64,000 nt of DNA from IMG/VR virus record IMGVR_UViG_3300027541_000009, positions 62,001 through 126,000 of that record. One strand, given 5' to 3'. The notes beneath the pieces are model-generated. The model did not search any database, had not been told where the DNA came from, and saw only the letters and a list, made by a program, of their open reading frames with translations. Within the stretch, counting starts at the first letter, position 1. Every line of letters begins with the position of its first letter. Positions 1 through 10,629 of this stretch are shown here, piece after piece. The position numbers and the translations under genes were made by a program.

Positions 1-360
1 ACTGCAGTGTATTATAGTGATGCAGGAATTGGATATACTGCAATTCCTAATATAACGGTATCTTCACCAATAGGTGTTTCTACTGGCAATTATATCTTTA
101 ATGAAATTGTTAAAGGTGTTTCTACTGGAACTAGTGCATATGTTAAGAGTTGGGATTATGATACTAGAATTCTCAAGTTAGCAATAGTAAGTGGGAAATT
201 TGCAGTTGGGGAATCTATTGCAGGTTATGGTGCAACATATAAAATATATTCAATAGATGATTATGATGTATACGATACTTATGCATCAAATGAAGAAATA
301 GAAGAAGAAGCAGATCAGATTATAGATTTCAATGAAAAGAATCCTTTTGGGGAATTCTAA
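1..360 (+). CDS. gp14: Neck protein gp14, C-terminal part (truncated by window start)
   Basis: Ends with the gp14-type motif ADQIIDFNEKNPFGEF and lies directly before gp15. Confidence 0.8.
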   Translation, partial: TAVYYSDAGIGYTAIPNITVSSPIGVSTGNYIFNEIVKGVSTGTSAYVKSWDYDTRILKLAIVSGKFAVGESIAGYGATYKIYSIDDYDVYDTYASNEEIEEEADQIIDFNEKNPFGEF

Positions 361-386
361 ATAAAGTAAGGATTGTATTTTAAATC

Positions 387-1442
387 ATGTTAGGTAATCA
401 TACATACCACGAAATAATCAGAAGGACTACAGCATCTTTTGGCACACTTTTTAATAATATCTACATACAGCATAAAGATGCTGAAGGGGATGAATTTAGT
501 TTAATTAAAGTTCCTATTGCATATGGTCCAATTCAAAAATATTTGGCAAGAATTGAACAAAAACCAGATTTAAGAAAAAGGAATGCCATAACTTTGCCAA
601 GAATGTCTTTTGAAGTTGGGCAGTTATCTTACGATCCTAGCAGAAAATCTTCTACATTACAAACGTTTAAATCTATCACTGGAACTGATAACAAACCGGT
701 AAGTACTTACATGCCAGTTCCATATAATTTACCATTTGAATTGACAATTGCAACCAAATATAATGATGATATGTTCCAAATTGTGGAGCAAATATTACCA
801 TATTTTAGACCAGAATTTAATATTACAGTAAATCTAACTTCAACTTTAGGTGAGAAAAGGGATGTACCCATAATTCTCCAAAATGTTTCACCATTCCAAG
901 ACAATTATGAAGGGGGATTTGATGAACGTAGGTTTATGCAATGCACATTGACTTTCGTAGCAAAAATATTCTTATTTGGTTCAGTTCCATCTGATCAAGA
1001 TGGCAACATTATTAAAAGAGTTCAAGTTGATTATTATTCAGATACTAATAGAGTAAATGCATCTAGACAACTGCGTTATGTGGTTACACCTAGAGCAACA
1101 AAAGATTATAATAAAGATAAGACTACTACACTTTCTCAAGATATTGGAACAGAAGTTACCGAGTTTACAGTTTCAAATGCAAATCTTTTAGTACCAAATA
1201 GTTACATACAAATAAATGATGAGAATATGTATATTAAATCCATCAACAATGATGAGATAACTGTGTTACGTGGTCAGGATGGAACAACTATATCTGAACA
1301 TGAAGAAGGTGATTACATAAATGCAATCACACAAGAAGATGATGATATGATTATACCAGGTGATGATTTTGAATTTGATGAAGAACTTTTTGATTTTGGT
1401 GATGGTAGAATTTATAGCCCAAGAAAGGGTGAAGACCTATGA
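387..1442 (+). CDS. gp15: Tail sheath stabiliser / tail terminator gp15
   Basis: FGTLFNNI, VPIAYGP and LPRMSFE motifs; synteny gp14-15-16-17. Confidence 0.9.
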   Translation: MLGNHTYHEIIRRTTASFGTLFNNIYIQHKDAEGDEFSLIKVPIAYGPIQKYLARIEQKPDLRKRNAITLPRMSFEVGQLSYDPSRKSSTLQTFKSITGTDNKPVSTYMPVPYNLPFELTIATKYNDDMFQIVEQILPYFRPEFNITVNLTSTLGEKRDVPIILQNVSPFQDNYEGGFDERRFMQCTLTFVAKIFLFGSVPSDQDGNIIKRVQVDYYSDTNRVNASRQLRYVVTPRATKDYNKDKTTTLSQDIGTEVTEFTVSNANLLVPNSYIQINDENMYIKSINNDEITVLRGQDGTTISEHEEGDYINAITQEDDDMIIPGDDFEFDEELFDFGDGRIYSPRKGEDL

Positions 1443-1864
1443 GTAATAAATTTGATAAAATCAATGAAACTTTAGATATTGAGGCAGAAGCAGTATCTAC
1501 AGAGTATATTGAAAAAGTTAAAAAAGAAATAAAAAAACCAGTTTCTGAAGATGAGGCACATAATGATTATGAATACACTCGTCAAAATTTGTATGACTTA
1601 ATAGAAAAGGGACAAGAAGCAATTTATGAAATGTTGGAAATTGCAAAAGAGACCCAAAAAGCAAGAGATTTTGAAGTTGCAGGACAATTGATAAAGAGTG
1701 TTGGTGATGTTTCAGATAAATTATTAGATCTTCAACATAAAATGAAAAAATTAAAGGAAGAAGATAAATCATCTTCACCTACCAATGTAACTAATAATGC
1801 TCTTTTTGTTGGTTCTACTGCAGACCTTCAAAAATTTTTAAAAGAAAGTATGAAAGATAAATAA
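1439..1864 (+). CDS. gp16: Terminase small subunit gp16
   Basis: DYEYTRQNLYDLIEKG, FEVAGQLIK and NNALFVGSTADLQK motifs of T4-like gp16. Confidence 0.87.
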   Translation: MSNKFDKINETLDIEAEAVSTEYIEKVKKEIKKPVSEDEAHNDYEYTRQNLYDLIEKGQEAIYEMLEIAKETQKARDFEVAGQLIKSVGDVSDKLLDLQHKMKKLKEEDKSSSPTNVTNNALFVGSTADLQKFLKESMKDK

Positions 1865-1875
1865 TCAAAAAGACA

Positions 1876-2373
1876 ATGAAATCATATTCAGAACTAAGTA
1901 AAATTTTTGAGCAATTAAAAGATTACAAATCTCCAGAAAATATTGCTAAAAAGCATAATGTTCTACTGTCTCTCATTAAACAGCAATTAAAAATTGGAAA
2001 CAAGGTAGAAAGAGAACATACTAATTCAAAATCTCTTGCAAATCGAATTGCATCTCAACATTTAGAAGAATTACCAGATTATTATAATCGACTAAAAAAT
2101 ATAGAAAAAAATAAAAAAGTAGATCAAAAAATCTCAGAACAATATACTAGAATACAAACTAGAGGATCTACATATACTATATTTCTATCTTGGAGGGGGA
2201 AACCTCTAAATATACAGATATTCTTCCCTCAATTTACTAGGCCAACAAAATCTGAAGTAAAATATGAGGTAGACAAAATATATCCTGGAGCAATTGTTTT
2301 AACATATGTTCCATCACCAAAGGATCCTACTAAACCATTTTTCTTTGCAGGAGATACTGATGGACCCAGATAA
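1876..2373 (+). CDS. Two-module hypothetical protein between the terminase subunits
   Basis: 165 aa ORF; KIGNKVEREHT...IASQHLEELPDYY module, then an ISE junction and a second module. Confidence 0.7.
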   Translation: MKSYSELSKIFEQLKDYKSPENIAKKHNVLLSLIKQQLKIGNKVEREHTNSKSLANRIASQHLEELPDYYNRLKNIEKNKKVDQKISEQYTRIQTRGSTYTIFLSWRGKPLNIQIFFPQFTRPTKSEVKYEVDKIYPGAIVLTYVPSPKDPTKPFFFAGDTDGPR

Positions 2374-2536
2374 AATTGAACTAAAGAATCTAAGTAAGAT
2401 ATTTGAATATGAAAAAATAAGTAGAGAATTAGATGAATGCTCTGATATAGAAACACTCAAGTTGGTAGCAAAATCTTATTTTAAACTTTACCTCTCAACT
2501 TTAGAAAGTATTGTAGATTTAAATCTTCCCATTTAA
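2360..2536 (+). CDS. Small hypothetical protein (MDPDKIELKNLSKIFEYEK...)
   Basis: GGAG RBS before ATG 2360; ends 2 nt before gp17. Confidence 0.6.
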   Translation: MDPDKIELKNLSKIFEYEKISRELDECSDIETLKLVAKSYFKLYLSTLESIVDLNLPI

Positions 2537-2538
2537 TC

Positions 2539-4230
2539 ATGACTGACCAATATCTTGGTAATCCTAATTTAAAAAGAGCAAACACAAAAATTCAATTTTC
2601 TGCGGAAAATATTGAAGAATTTATAAAATGCAAAAAAGACCCAGTTTATTTTGCTAGAAATTATGTAAAAATTATATCTCTGGATGAAGGTGTAGTTCCT
2701 TTTAAAATGTATAAGTTCCAAGAAAAACTTATTAAAAGATTCCATAAGCATCGTTTTAACATATGTAAAATGCCTCGTCAGACAGGTAAAAGTACTACAT
2801 GTGTTAGTTATCTACTACATTACATTATATTCAATGATAATGTTAATATTGCAATTCTTGCAAACAAAGCACAGACAGCTAAGGATTTGTTAGGAAGATT
2901 GCAATTGGCATATGAATATTTGCCAAAATGGATGCAACATGGTGTAAAGATTTGGAATAAAGCATCTTTAGAATTGGATAATGGATCTAAAATTCTTGCT
3001 GCATCAACCTCAGCATCTGCAGTTAGAGGTGGATCTTATAATATTATATTTTTGGATGAGTTTGCGTTTATTCCAAATCAAATTGCTGATGACTTTTTCA
3101 GTTCAGTATATCCAACCATTACTTCAGGACAAAATACAAAAGTAATTATGGTTTCTACCCCTAAGGGTATGAATGCCTTTTATAAATTTTGGACAGATGC
3201 CGAAAAGGGTAGAAATGAATATGTACCTACTGAAGTTCATTGGTCCGAAGTTCCTGGAAGAGACCAACGGTGGAAAGAGCAAACAATCTCTAATACTAGT
3301 AAAGAACAATTTCAACAAGAATTTGAATGCGACTTCTTAGGATCTAGTGATACTTTAATAAGTGCATCTAAATTAAAAACTTTAGTTTATGATGACCCAC
3401 TAGAAAAAAACAAAGGATTAGATGTTTATGAAAAACCAAAAAAGGATCATAATTATCTAATGACTGTTGATGTCTCTAGAGGAACGGAAAAAGACTACCA
3501 TGCATTTATTTTATTTGACGTAACTACAATACCATATACCATAGTTGCAAAATATAAAAATAACGAACTGAAGCCAATGTTATATCCTGATATTATTCAT
3601 AGGATAGGTACTGCATATAATAATGCTTATGTTCTTATAGAAGTAAATGACATCGGAGAACAAATAGCAAAAGAATTACATTTTGATTTAGAATATGACA
3701 ATATTCTCATGTGCTCAATGCGAGGTAGAGCAGGTCAACTTGTAGGTCAAGGATTCTCTGGAAAAAAATCACAACTTGGAATTAAAATGTCCAAACAGGT
3801 TAAAAGAGTTGGATGTTCAAATTTAAAAAGTATTATAGAAGATGATAAATTAATTATACATGATTATGATATCATTAGTGAGTTAACAACATTCATTTCA
3901 AAAAATCAATCTTTTGAAGCAGAGCAAGGTTGTAATGATGACTTAGCAATGTGTTTAGTTATTTTTGCTTGGTTGATAGTTCAACCATATTTTAAAGAAA
4001 TGACGAACAATGATGTTCGTAAGAGAATGTATGAGGAGCAAAAAAATCAAATTGAACAAGATATGTCTCCATTTGGATTTATATTAAATGGAATTAATGA
4101 TGAAGAAGTATTTGTAGAAAAAGAAACAGGTGATCATTGGTTAGTTGCATCACCGACATCAAATTCAAGCATGGAATCTTGGAATGTTGATGAATATGGA
4201 GATGTGTCTTACATGTGGGACTATAGATAA
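2539..4230 (+). CDS. gp17: Terminase large subunit gp17
   Basis: PRQTGKST Walker A, IIFLDEFAF Walker B, C-terminal nuclease motif NDDLAM. Confidence 0.97.
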   Translation: MTDQYLGNPNLKRANTKIQFSAENIEEFIKCKKDPVYFARNYVKIISLDEGVVPFKMYKFQEKLIKRFHKHRFNICKMPRQTGKSTTCVSYLLHYIIFNDNVNIAILANKAQTAKDLLGRLQLAYEYLPKWMQHGVKIWNKASLELDNGSKILAASTSASAVRGGSYNIIFLDEFAFIPNQIADDFFSSVYPTITSGQNTKVIMVSTPKGMNAFYKFWTDAEKGRNEYVPTEVHWSEVPGRDQRWKEQTISNTSKEQFQQEFECDFLGSSDTLISASKLKTLVYDDPLEKNKGLDVYEKPKKDHNYLMTVDVSRGTEKDYHAFILFDVTTIPYTIVAKYKNNELKPMLYPDIIHRIGTAYNNAYVLIEVNDIGEQIAKELHFDLEYDNILMCSMRGRAGQLVGQGFSGKKSQLGIKMSKQVKRVGCSNLKSIIEDDKLIIHDYDIISELTTFISKNQSFEAEQGCNDDLAMCLVIFAWLIVQPYFKEMTNNDVRKRMYEEQKNQIEQDMSPFGFILNGINDEEVFVEKETGDHWLVASPTSNSSMESWNVDEYGDVSYMWDYR

Positions 4231-4246
4231 GTAAAGATTACCATTT

Positions 4247-4254
4247 TATAAATA
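4247..4254 (+). promoter_or_regulatory. T4-type late promoter
   Basis: Exact TATAAATA upstream of gp18. Confidence 0.8.
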
Positions 4255-4291
4255 TTACTAGAGAAAATAGACTTCTTCACGAGGTAATCAG

Positions 4292-6748
4292 ATGGCGGTA
4301 AATTTAGTATCACCTGGAGTCAACGTAAGGGAGGTTGACTTAACTGTTGGAAGGATTGATGCATCCAGAGAATTTGTAGGAGCAATTGCAGGACCATTCC
4401 AAAAAGGTCCAGTTAATGAACCAGCATTAATTGAGAATGAGCAACAACTTCTAAACGTTTTTGGTAAACCTCAATTAGCAGATGGTCAGTATGAATATTG
4501 GTTGAGTGCTTCCAATTATCTCTCATATGGTGGAACTTTAAGAGTAGTTAGAACAGATGTAAATGAAATTTTATTTCCAAATTCACTTATTAATGCTAAT
4601 GCATCTCCAAATGGATTTTTAGATGATTTAAAAATTACTTCAGATGAAGATTATTTAAATAATCACTACAATGATGTTAATTGGTATTATTCTTCAAGAA
4701 ATCCAGGATCTTGGTCAAATGATCTGAAAGTATGCATGATTGATAGTGCTGCAGACCAAACAATAAGTGGAATTAATACAACTTTTGTTAGTACTTTAGG
4801 ATTTTCTACAGATTTTACTAGAACAAATATAACCATTGGTATCGGCACAGATAAACTTGTAGGTATTGATACTACTGGAATTACACTACAAACTAAAATT
4901 AATGAGACTGCTTCTGGCGCTATATCCTTTAATACTCTAATTACAGATATTTCTGCGGATGATGGTGGTACAATTACATTTTCACCAAGTTCAGACAACA
5001 CAGGTATTGTAACAGAATCAGTTCAGTTTGGTTCAACTATTGAAATTCAACAACCAAATCAATTACAAGTTGGTGCGGCAGTAACTCAAACACTATCAAA
5101 GAGTGGAGTTGAAGGTTCCCAAGTTGTAACTTATAATGGATATTTAAGAGGAATTATTACTCAAATTGGAAATAAAGAAATATCAGTAAAAATAACTGAT
5201 AGAGTTGATGAAGATGGTGTTTCATATCCTATAGAATATAAAAATCCAGGAGCAAATACTAATTTGAATGCATATTCATTTGATGTTCAGAGAGCTCTTC
5301 CATTTTTTATTACAAATCCCTCACAGATTAGTGCAGTACAATATAATTCTGATGCATTATCTTTATCTGATTGGTATGATAATCAGACTTTAGGACTTAC
5401 AAATTCAACAATATATTGGAAAAATATTGCACCAAAACCTGGAACCTCTCAATATTGTTCAGAAAGAAGTTCTACGAATGATGAACTCCATATAGTTGTT
5501 GTGGATGATAAAGGATCTGTAACAGGTGTTAGTGGAAACATAGTAGAAAAATTTACAAATATTTCAAAAGCAATTGATGCTAGAGTTTCACCATCTCAAC
5601 CAATTTATTATAAAGATCTTATAAAAGATGGTTCAAATTACATTTTTGCAGGTGTACCTGAAATTGGAACTGCTTCTGGACTTATTGTTACAGGAATCGG
5701 AACTGATGCACAACTACAAAGAACCAGTGGATCATGGGGTTCCGCAGCACAAAGCACCAAGTTTAACGTAGTTGGAGCTGTCACTTATGATTTACAGGGT
5801 GGAACTGACTACAGTGGACCTGGTAGTGTAGGTGGATATTCTGCATCGGTTTCAGATTTGATTACTTCATATCAAATTTTTAATAACCCAGCAGAGTACG
5901 GAATTAACTTCTTAATTAATGGTCCTTCAAGTGGAACAACAATTTATGAATCTCAAGCTAAAGCAAATGCTTTGATTTCTATTGCACAAAATAGAAAAGA
6001 TTGTATTGCAGTCGTTTCTCCACATAAACAATCTGTTGTTGATGTAACTAATCCAGAAACACAAACTTCTAATATTATTGAATTCTTTGAACCTTTAACT
6101 TCTTCATCCTATGCCGTTTTTGATAGTGGTTACAAGTACACATATGATAGATTTAATAACAAATTTACATATATTCCATGCAACTCTGATATTGCAGGAT
6201 TAATGGCAAGAACTACATTAAATAATTATTCTTGGTTCTCCCCAGCAGGATCCAATAGAGGATCATTAAACAATGTAGTGAAACTTGCATATAATCCAAC
6301 TCAAGCTCAAAGGGATCAAATTTATACCAAGAGAATTAATCCTATTATTTCATCTCCAGGTGCAGGATTTATACTCTTTGGTGATAAAACTGCACTATCT
6401 TATGCTTCAGCATTAGATAGAATTAATGTTCGTAGATTATTCTTAACTATTGAAGAATCTATCGAAAGAGCAGCAAGAGCACAACTATTTGAGTTCAATG
6501 ATGTGATTACAAGAACCAATTTCATTAATATCGTTGAACCTTATCTTCGTGATGTAAAAGCAAAGAGAGGAATTACTGAATTCTTAGTTGTTTGCGATGA
6601 GACAAATAACACTCCTGACATTATTGACTCTAATCAATTTAGAGCTGATATTTTCGTAAAACCTGCAAGATCCATTAACTTTATTGGTCTTACTTTCGTT
6701 GCTACAAGAACCGGAGTTTCATTCTCCGAAGTAGTAGGAACCGTTTAA
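4292..6748 (+). CDS. gp18: Tail sheath protein gp18
   Basis: LVSPGVNVREVDLT N-terminus; WFSPAG, RINVRRLF and IFVKPARSINFI C-terminal motifs. Confidence 0.96.
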   Translation: MAVNLVSPGVNVREVDLTVGRIDASREFVGAIAGPFQKGPVNEPALIENEQQLLNVFGKPQLADGQYEYWLSASNYLSYGGTLRVVRTDVNEILFPNSLINANASPNGFLDDLKITSDEDYLNNHYNDVNWYYSSRNPGSWSNDLKVCMIDSAADQTISGINTTFVSTLGFSTDFTRTNITIGIGTDKLVGIDTTGITLQTKINETASGAISFNTLITDISADDGGTITFSPSSDNTGIVTESVQFGSTIEIQQPNQLQVGAAVTQTLSKSGVEGSQVVTYNGYLRGIITQIGNKEISVKITDRVDEDGVSYPIEYKNPGANTNLNAYSFDVQRALPFFITNPSQISAVQYNSDALSLSDWYDNQTLGLTNSTIYWKNIAPKPGTSQYCSERSSTNDELHIVVVDDKGSVTGVSGNIVEKFTNISKAIDARVSPSQPIYYKDLIKDGSNYIFAGVPEIGTASGLIVTGIGTDAQLQRTSGSWGSAAQSTKFNVVGAVTYDLQGGTDYSGPGSVGGYSASVSDLITSYQIFNNPAEYGINFLINGPSSGTTIYESQAKANALISIAQNRKDCIAVVSPHKQSVVDVTNPETQTSNIIEFFEPLTSSSYAVFDSGYKYTYDRFNNKFTYIPCNSDIAGLMARTTLNNYSWFSPAGSNRGSLNNVVKLAYNPTQAQRDQIYTKRINPIISSPGAGFILFGDKTALSYASALDRINVRRLFLTIEESIERAARAQLFEFNDVITRTNFINIVEPYLRDVKAKRGITEFLVVCDETNNTPDIIDSNQFRADIFVKPARSINFIGLTFVATRTGVSFSEVVGTV

Positions 6749-6767
6749 ATTACTTTAGGAGAACCAA

Positions 6768-7421
6768 ATGGCTAAAGAAGGAACTACAAATTTACCTCAA
6801 TTTACTGAAAGAACTATAAGTGATTTCAAATCTAGACTAGTTGGTGGTGGTACTAGATCTAACCTTTTTGAATGTGTATTAAACTTCCCAGATGGAGTTG
6901 GGGTAACCCCTGATGATGATTTCCGTTTCATGATCAAGGCAGCTCAACTTCCAGGATCTACTATTAGTTCAATTCCAGTACCTTTTCGTGGAAGAACTTT
7001 AAAAATTGCAGGTGATAGAACATTTGACCCTTGGACTATAACAGTTATCAACGATACCAATTTCAAAATTCGTAATGCTTTTGAAAAGTGGATGAATTTT
7101 ATGAATAGACATGACGATAATGCTGGTGTAATCACACCTGCAGCATATCAAAGAGAAATGTTGGTTTACCAATTAGGAAGAGGTTTTACAAATGAAGGTG
7201 GTGCATCTGGAGCATCACTCCCAGGAACTGCATCACAAATGCCAGTTTTAAAAACTTATAAATTCTACGGTTGCTTTCCTACAGAAATTACACCAATTGA
7301 ATTATCATACGATAGTTCAGATACCATTCAAGAATTTTCTGTAACTTTACAAGTCCAGTGGTGGGATACCTTTGCAGCTGGAGAATCTACAAGTATGTTG
7401 GGCACTTCAGAAACCACCTAA
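6768..7421 (+). CDS. gp19: Tail tube protein gp19
   Basis: GGTRSNLFE, VPFRGRTLKIAGDRTFDPWTITVIND motifs. Confidence 0.95.
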   Translation: MAKEGTTNLPQFTERTISDFKSRLVGGGTRSNLFECVLNFPDGVGVTPDDDFRFMIKAAQLPGSTISSIPVPFRGRTLKIAGDRTFDPWTITVINDTNFKIRNAFEKWMNFMNRHDDNAGVITPAAYQREMLVYQLGRGFTNEGGASGASLPGTASQMPVLKTYKFYGCFPTEITPIELSYDSSDTIQEFSVTLQVQWWDTFAAGESTSMLGTSETT

Positions 7422-7452
7422 ATATTTTATACTTGATTTTATATATTGAATA

Positions 7453-9135
7453 ATGTCTAAACTGTTTGGATTTAAAATAGAAGAGACTGGGGAAGATAAA
7501 AATAGTCAAATTATCTCCCCAGTTCTTTCTAATGATGAAGATAAATCTAATTTTTATATTACTAGTGGATTTTATGGTCAGTATGTAGATATTGAAGGTG
7601 TATATAAAAATGAAGCAGACTTAGTTAGAAGATATCGAGAAATGTCACTTCATCCAGAATGTGACAGTGCTATCGAAGACGTAGTAAATGAAGCAATAGT
7701 ATCAGATTTAAATGATAGTCCAGTGCAAATTGAACTATCAAATTTACCAGCTTCAGATAAATTAAAAGAAATTATAAGAAAAGAATTCAAATCCATTAAG
7801 GAAATCATGGATTTCGATTCTAAAGCACATGAAATTTTTAGAAATTGGTACGTAGATGGGAGAATCTATTACCACAAAGTAATTGATTTAAAGCACCCAG
7901 AAGAGGGAATTAAAGAAGTTAGATATATTGACCCATTAAAAATTAAATATATTAGAAGACTTAAGAAAAAACAGGAAAATACTGTATCTGCACAAGTTAA
8001 ATCTATACTTGCAAGAAACGGTCAGACTAATGTTGATGAAATTACAAATCCAGAAATTGAAGAGTTTTATTTATATGACCCCTCAGTAGGATATTCTGCC
8101 ACAGTATCTAATTTACATGGAAGTTATACTTCTGCAACTAAAGGGATAAAATTGTCCCCAGACTCAGTTGTCTATGTAACATCTGGTCTTGTTGATAGAA
8201 ACAGACAAACCGTACTATCCTATTTACATAAAGCAATCAAATCACTCAATCAACTTAGAATGATTGAAGATTCTCTAGTGATTTATAGACTATCTCGTGC
8301 ACCTGAACGTAGACTTTTCTATATTGATGTCGGCAACCTACCAAAAATTAAAGCCGAGCAATATATGAGAGATGTTATGAACAGGTATAGAAATAAACTT
8401 GTTTATAATGCAGATACTGGTGAGATTAAAGATGACAGAAAATATATGGCAATGCTTGAAGATTATTGGTTGCCTCGTAGGGAAGGTGGAAGAGGAACTG
8501 AAGTTACTACTCTACCTGGTGGTCAGAATCTAGGAGAACTTTCAGATATTGAGTATTTTCAGAAGAAACTTTACAAATCACTTGGGGTTCCATCTACAAG
8601 ATTAGATTCGGGTGGTGGATTTAACCTCGGAAGATCTTCAGAAATTCTTCGTGATGAATTAAAATTTACCAGATTTGTAGGAAGATTAAGAAAGAGATTT
8701 TCTAATGTCTTTTTAGACATGCTAAAAACACAACTTATATTAAAAAATATTGTAACTCCAGAGGATTGGAAAGTATTATCTGAGCATATTCAATTTGATT
8801 ATCTTTATGATAACCATTTTTCAGATCTTAAGAAAAATGAGATTATGAATGATAAACTTGGTGTGGTTGCAGCAATGGATCCATATCTTGGTAGATATTT
8901 CTCTGCAGAATATGTAAGGAGAGAAATTCTCGGACAGAGTGATAGTGAAATGCTTGAAATAGATAAACAAATGAAAAAAGAAATAAAAGATGGAATAATT
9001 CCAGATCCTGCTGCAATGATGCAACCTGAAATGGGAGCACCTATGCAACAAGGAGATATCGGAACAGATGCTTTAGGTGCTCCGATGAAAGAACCCGGAG
9101 TATCAGACTCTAATGTTCAAGCTGGAGAAATTTGA
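7453..9135 (+). CDS. gp20: Portal protein gp20
   Basis: WYVDGR, RAPERRLFYIDVGNLPK and EDYWLPRREGGRGTE motifs. Confidence 0.97.
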   Translation: MSKLFGFKIEETGEDKNSQIISPVLSNDEDKSNFYITSGFYGQYVDIEGVYKNEADLVRRYREMSLHPECDSAIEDVVNEAIVSDLNDSPVQIELSNLPASDKLKEIIRKEFKSIKEIMDFDSKAHEIFRNWYVDGRIYYHKVIDLKHPEEGIKEVRYIDPLKIKYIRRLKKKQENTVSAQVKSILARNGQTNVDEITNPEIEEFYLYDPSVGYSATVSNLHGSYTSATKGIKLSPDSVVYVTSGLVDRNRQTVLSYLHKAIKSLNQLRMIEDSLVIYRLSRAPERRLFYIDVGNLPKIKAEQYMRDVMNRYRNKLVYNADTGEIKDDRKYMAMLEDYWLPRREGGRGTEVTTLPGGQNLGELSDIEYFQKKLYKSLGVPSTRLDSGGGFNLGRSSEILRDELKFTRFVGRLRKRFSNVFLDMLKTQLILKNIVTPEDWKVLSEHIQFDYLYDNHFSDLKKNEIMNDKLGVVAAMDPYLGRYFSAEYVRREILGQSDSEMLEIDKQMKKEIKDGIIPDPAAMMQPEMGAPMQQGDIGTDALGAPMKEPGVSDSNVQAGEI

Positions 9136-9164
9136 TAAATAATCAGAACTAACAAATTAATTTT

Positions 9165-9323
9165 ATGGAAGACCTAATTACAATGATTGTTAATGGTGAA
9201 ACTCCTTCAGATGTAAGTGACAAAATTAAAGAGCTTCTTTATATGAGAGCTGCAGAAAAAGTGGAATCACTAAAACCTGAAGTTGCAGCAAGTGTTTTTG
9301 GGGATGAGCAATCTGAATATTAA
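9165..9323 (+). CDS. 52 aa hypothetical protein (MEDLITMIVNGETPSDVSDKIKELLY...), absent from the ORF track
   Basis: Translated by hand; fills the gap after the portal, where T4 has small prohead core genes. Confidence 0.65.
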   Translation: MEDLITMIVNGETPSDVSDKIKELLYMRAAEKVESLKPEVAASVFGDEQSEY

Positions 9324-9357
9324 TAATAATAAATAACTAATATAAGTATCAAATACT

Positions 9358-9918
9358 ATGTCTGCGTTTAAAATTGTACAAAATTTACCTACTTTGAGTG
9401 TTGCAGGAACTGGAATAGTGACTTCAACTCCTATTGCACTTAAATCCGGTTATTTGCGTATTGTACCAGAACAAAATACTTATATTGAATTAGGTACAAC
9501 ACCAGTAGTTAACACCTCAACTTCAATATGGATTCCTGCAAATGGTGAATTAATCTTAAAAGAAACTGTAAGATCACAACCAACTGTAGGAATACAAACA
9601 GGAGCAACTACAACAATTACAGTACCATCTGGAACTGGATGTGCATTTGAAGTTGGTGATTATGTATCACTATCTGGAATTTCTCCCGCAGGAATTAATA
9701 CTAATTTTGCACGAGTTTCCAATATTGATCAATCTACATCATATGATAGCCCACATCAAACCAAAATGGTTTTGAGTTGGGATACATCATCACAAGGTCC
9801 TGTTACTGTACCTACAGGTGAAGTTAGAAAAGTAACCAAAGTTGCTGCCTATAATGACAGTGGTTCCTCTTCAAAAATTCATATTACAGAAGTACAAGTC
9901 GTATCTAATTTCAGCTAA
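9358..9918 (+). CDS. Hypothetical beta-rich, probably virion-associated protein
   Basis: 186 aa Thr/Val/Gly-rich ORF whose stop overlaps the gp21 start. Confidence 0.7.
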   Translation: MSAFKIVQNLPTLSVAGTGIVTSTPIALKSGYLRIVPEQNTYIELGTTPVVNTSTSIWIPANGELILKETVRSQPTVGIQTGATTTITVPSGTGCAFEVGDYVSLSGISPAGINTNFARVSNIDQSTSYDSPHQTKMVLSWDTSSQGPVTVPTGEVRKVTKVAAYNDSGSSSKIHITEVQVVSNFS

Positions 9919-10571
9919 TGAAACTAATCACAGAAGAAATTGAACAGGTAGAAGTTATCGTTGAAGAAATCAACGGTAAAAAATCTCTCTACATTGAAGG
10001 AATATTTTTACAAGGAAATATTGCAAATAGAAATAGAAGAATGTATCCAATGGACACCCTGAGAAAAGGGGTTAATTTGTATACTGAAAATTATTTAAGC
10101 AAAGGTAGAGCAGTAGGTGAACTTGGTCACCCATCTGGACCAACTATCAATTTAGATAGAGTTTCTCACAATATTATTTCACTAAAAGAAAGTGGTAATA
10201 ATTTCATAGGCAAAGCTAAAATTTTAACTTCCTTACCAATGGGTAAAATTGCAGCAGGTCTTTATGAAGAAGGTGTAAAACTTGGAGTTTCTTCTCGTGG
10301 TGTTGGTACGTTAGTCCAAACCAATGAGGGTTACAGTAAAGTAAGTGAAGATTTCATGCTTTCTACTGCTGCTGACATTGTGCACGATCCATCTGCACCT
10401 GAAGCTTTTGTAAATGGAATCATGGAAGGTGTTAGTTGGTTATATGATTCTAAAAAACAAATTTGGATTTCTGAAAATATTAAAAATAAGATTGAAAATG
10501 ATGTAGTTTCTAGAAGATTAACTGAAGAAAGAAAATTACAACATTTTGAAAATTATTTAAAACTCATATAA
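9918..10571 (+). CDS. gp21: Prohead core protease gp21
   Basis: NRNRRMYP, GELGHP, VSSRGVG and DIVHDPSAPEAFV motifs. Confidence 0.94.
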   Translation: MKLITEEIEQVEVIVEEINGKKSLYIEGIFLQGNIANRNRRMYPMDTLRKGVNLYTENYLSKGRAVGELGHPSGPTINLDRVSHNIISLKESGNNFIGKAKILTSLPMGKIAAGLYEEGVKLGVSSRGVGTLVQTNEGYSKVSEDFMLSTAADIVHDPSAPEAFVNGIMEGVSWLYDSKKQIWISENIKNKIENDVVSRRLTEERKLQHFENYLKLI

Positions 10572-10582
10572 AAACTCAACAT

Positions 10583-10590
10583 TATAAATA
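10583..10590 (+). promoter_or_regulatory. T4-type late promoter
   Basis: Exact TATAAATA upstream of gp22. Confidence 0.8.
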
Positions 10591-10629
10591 AATACAGAAT
10601 AAAACAATAAGGTTATTCGGAGAGTTCAA

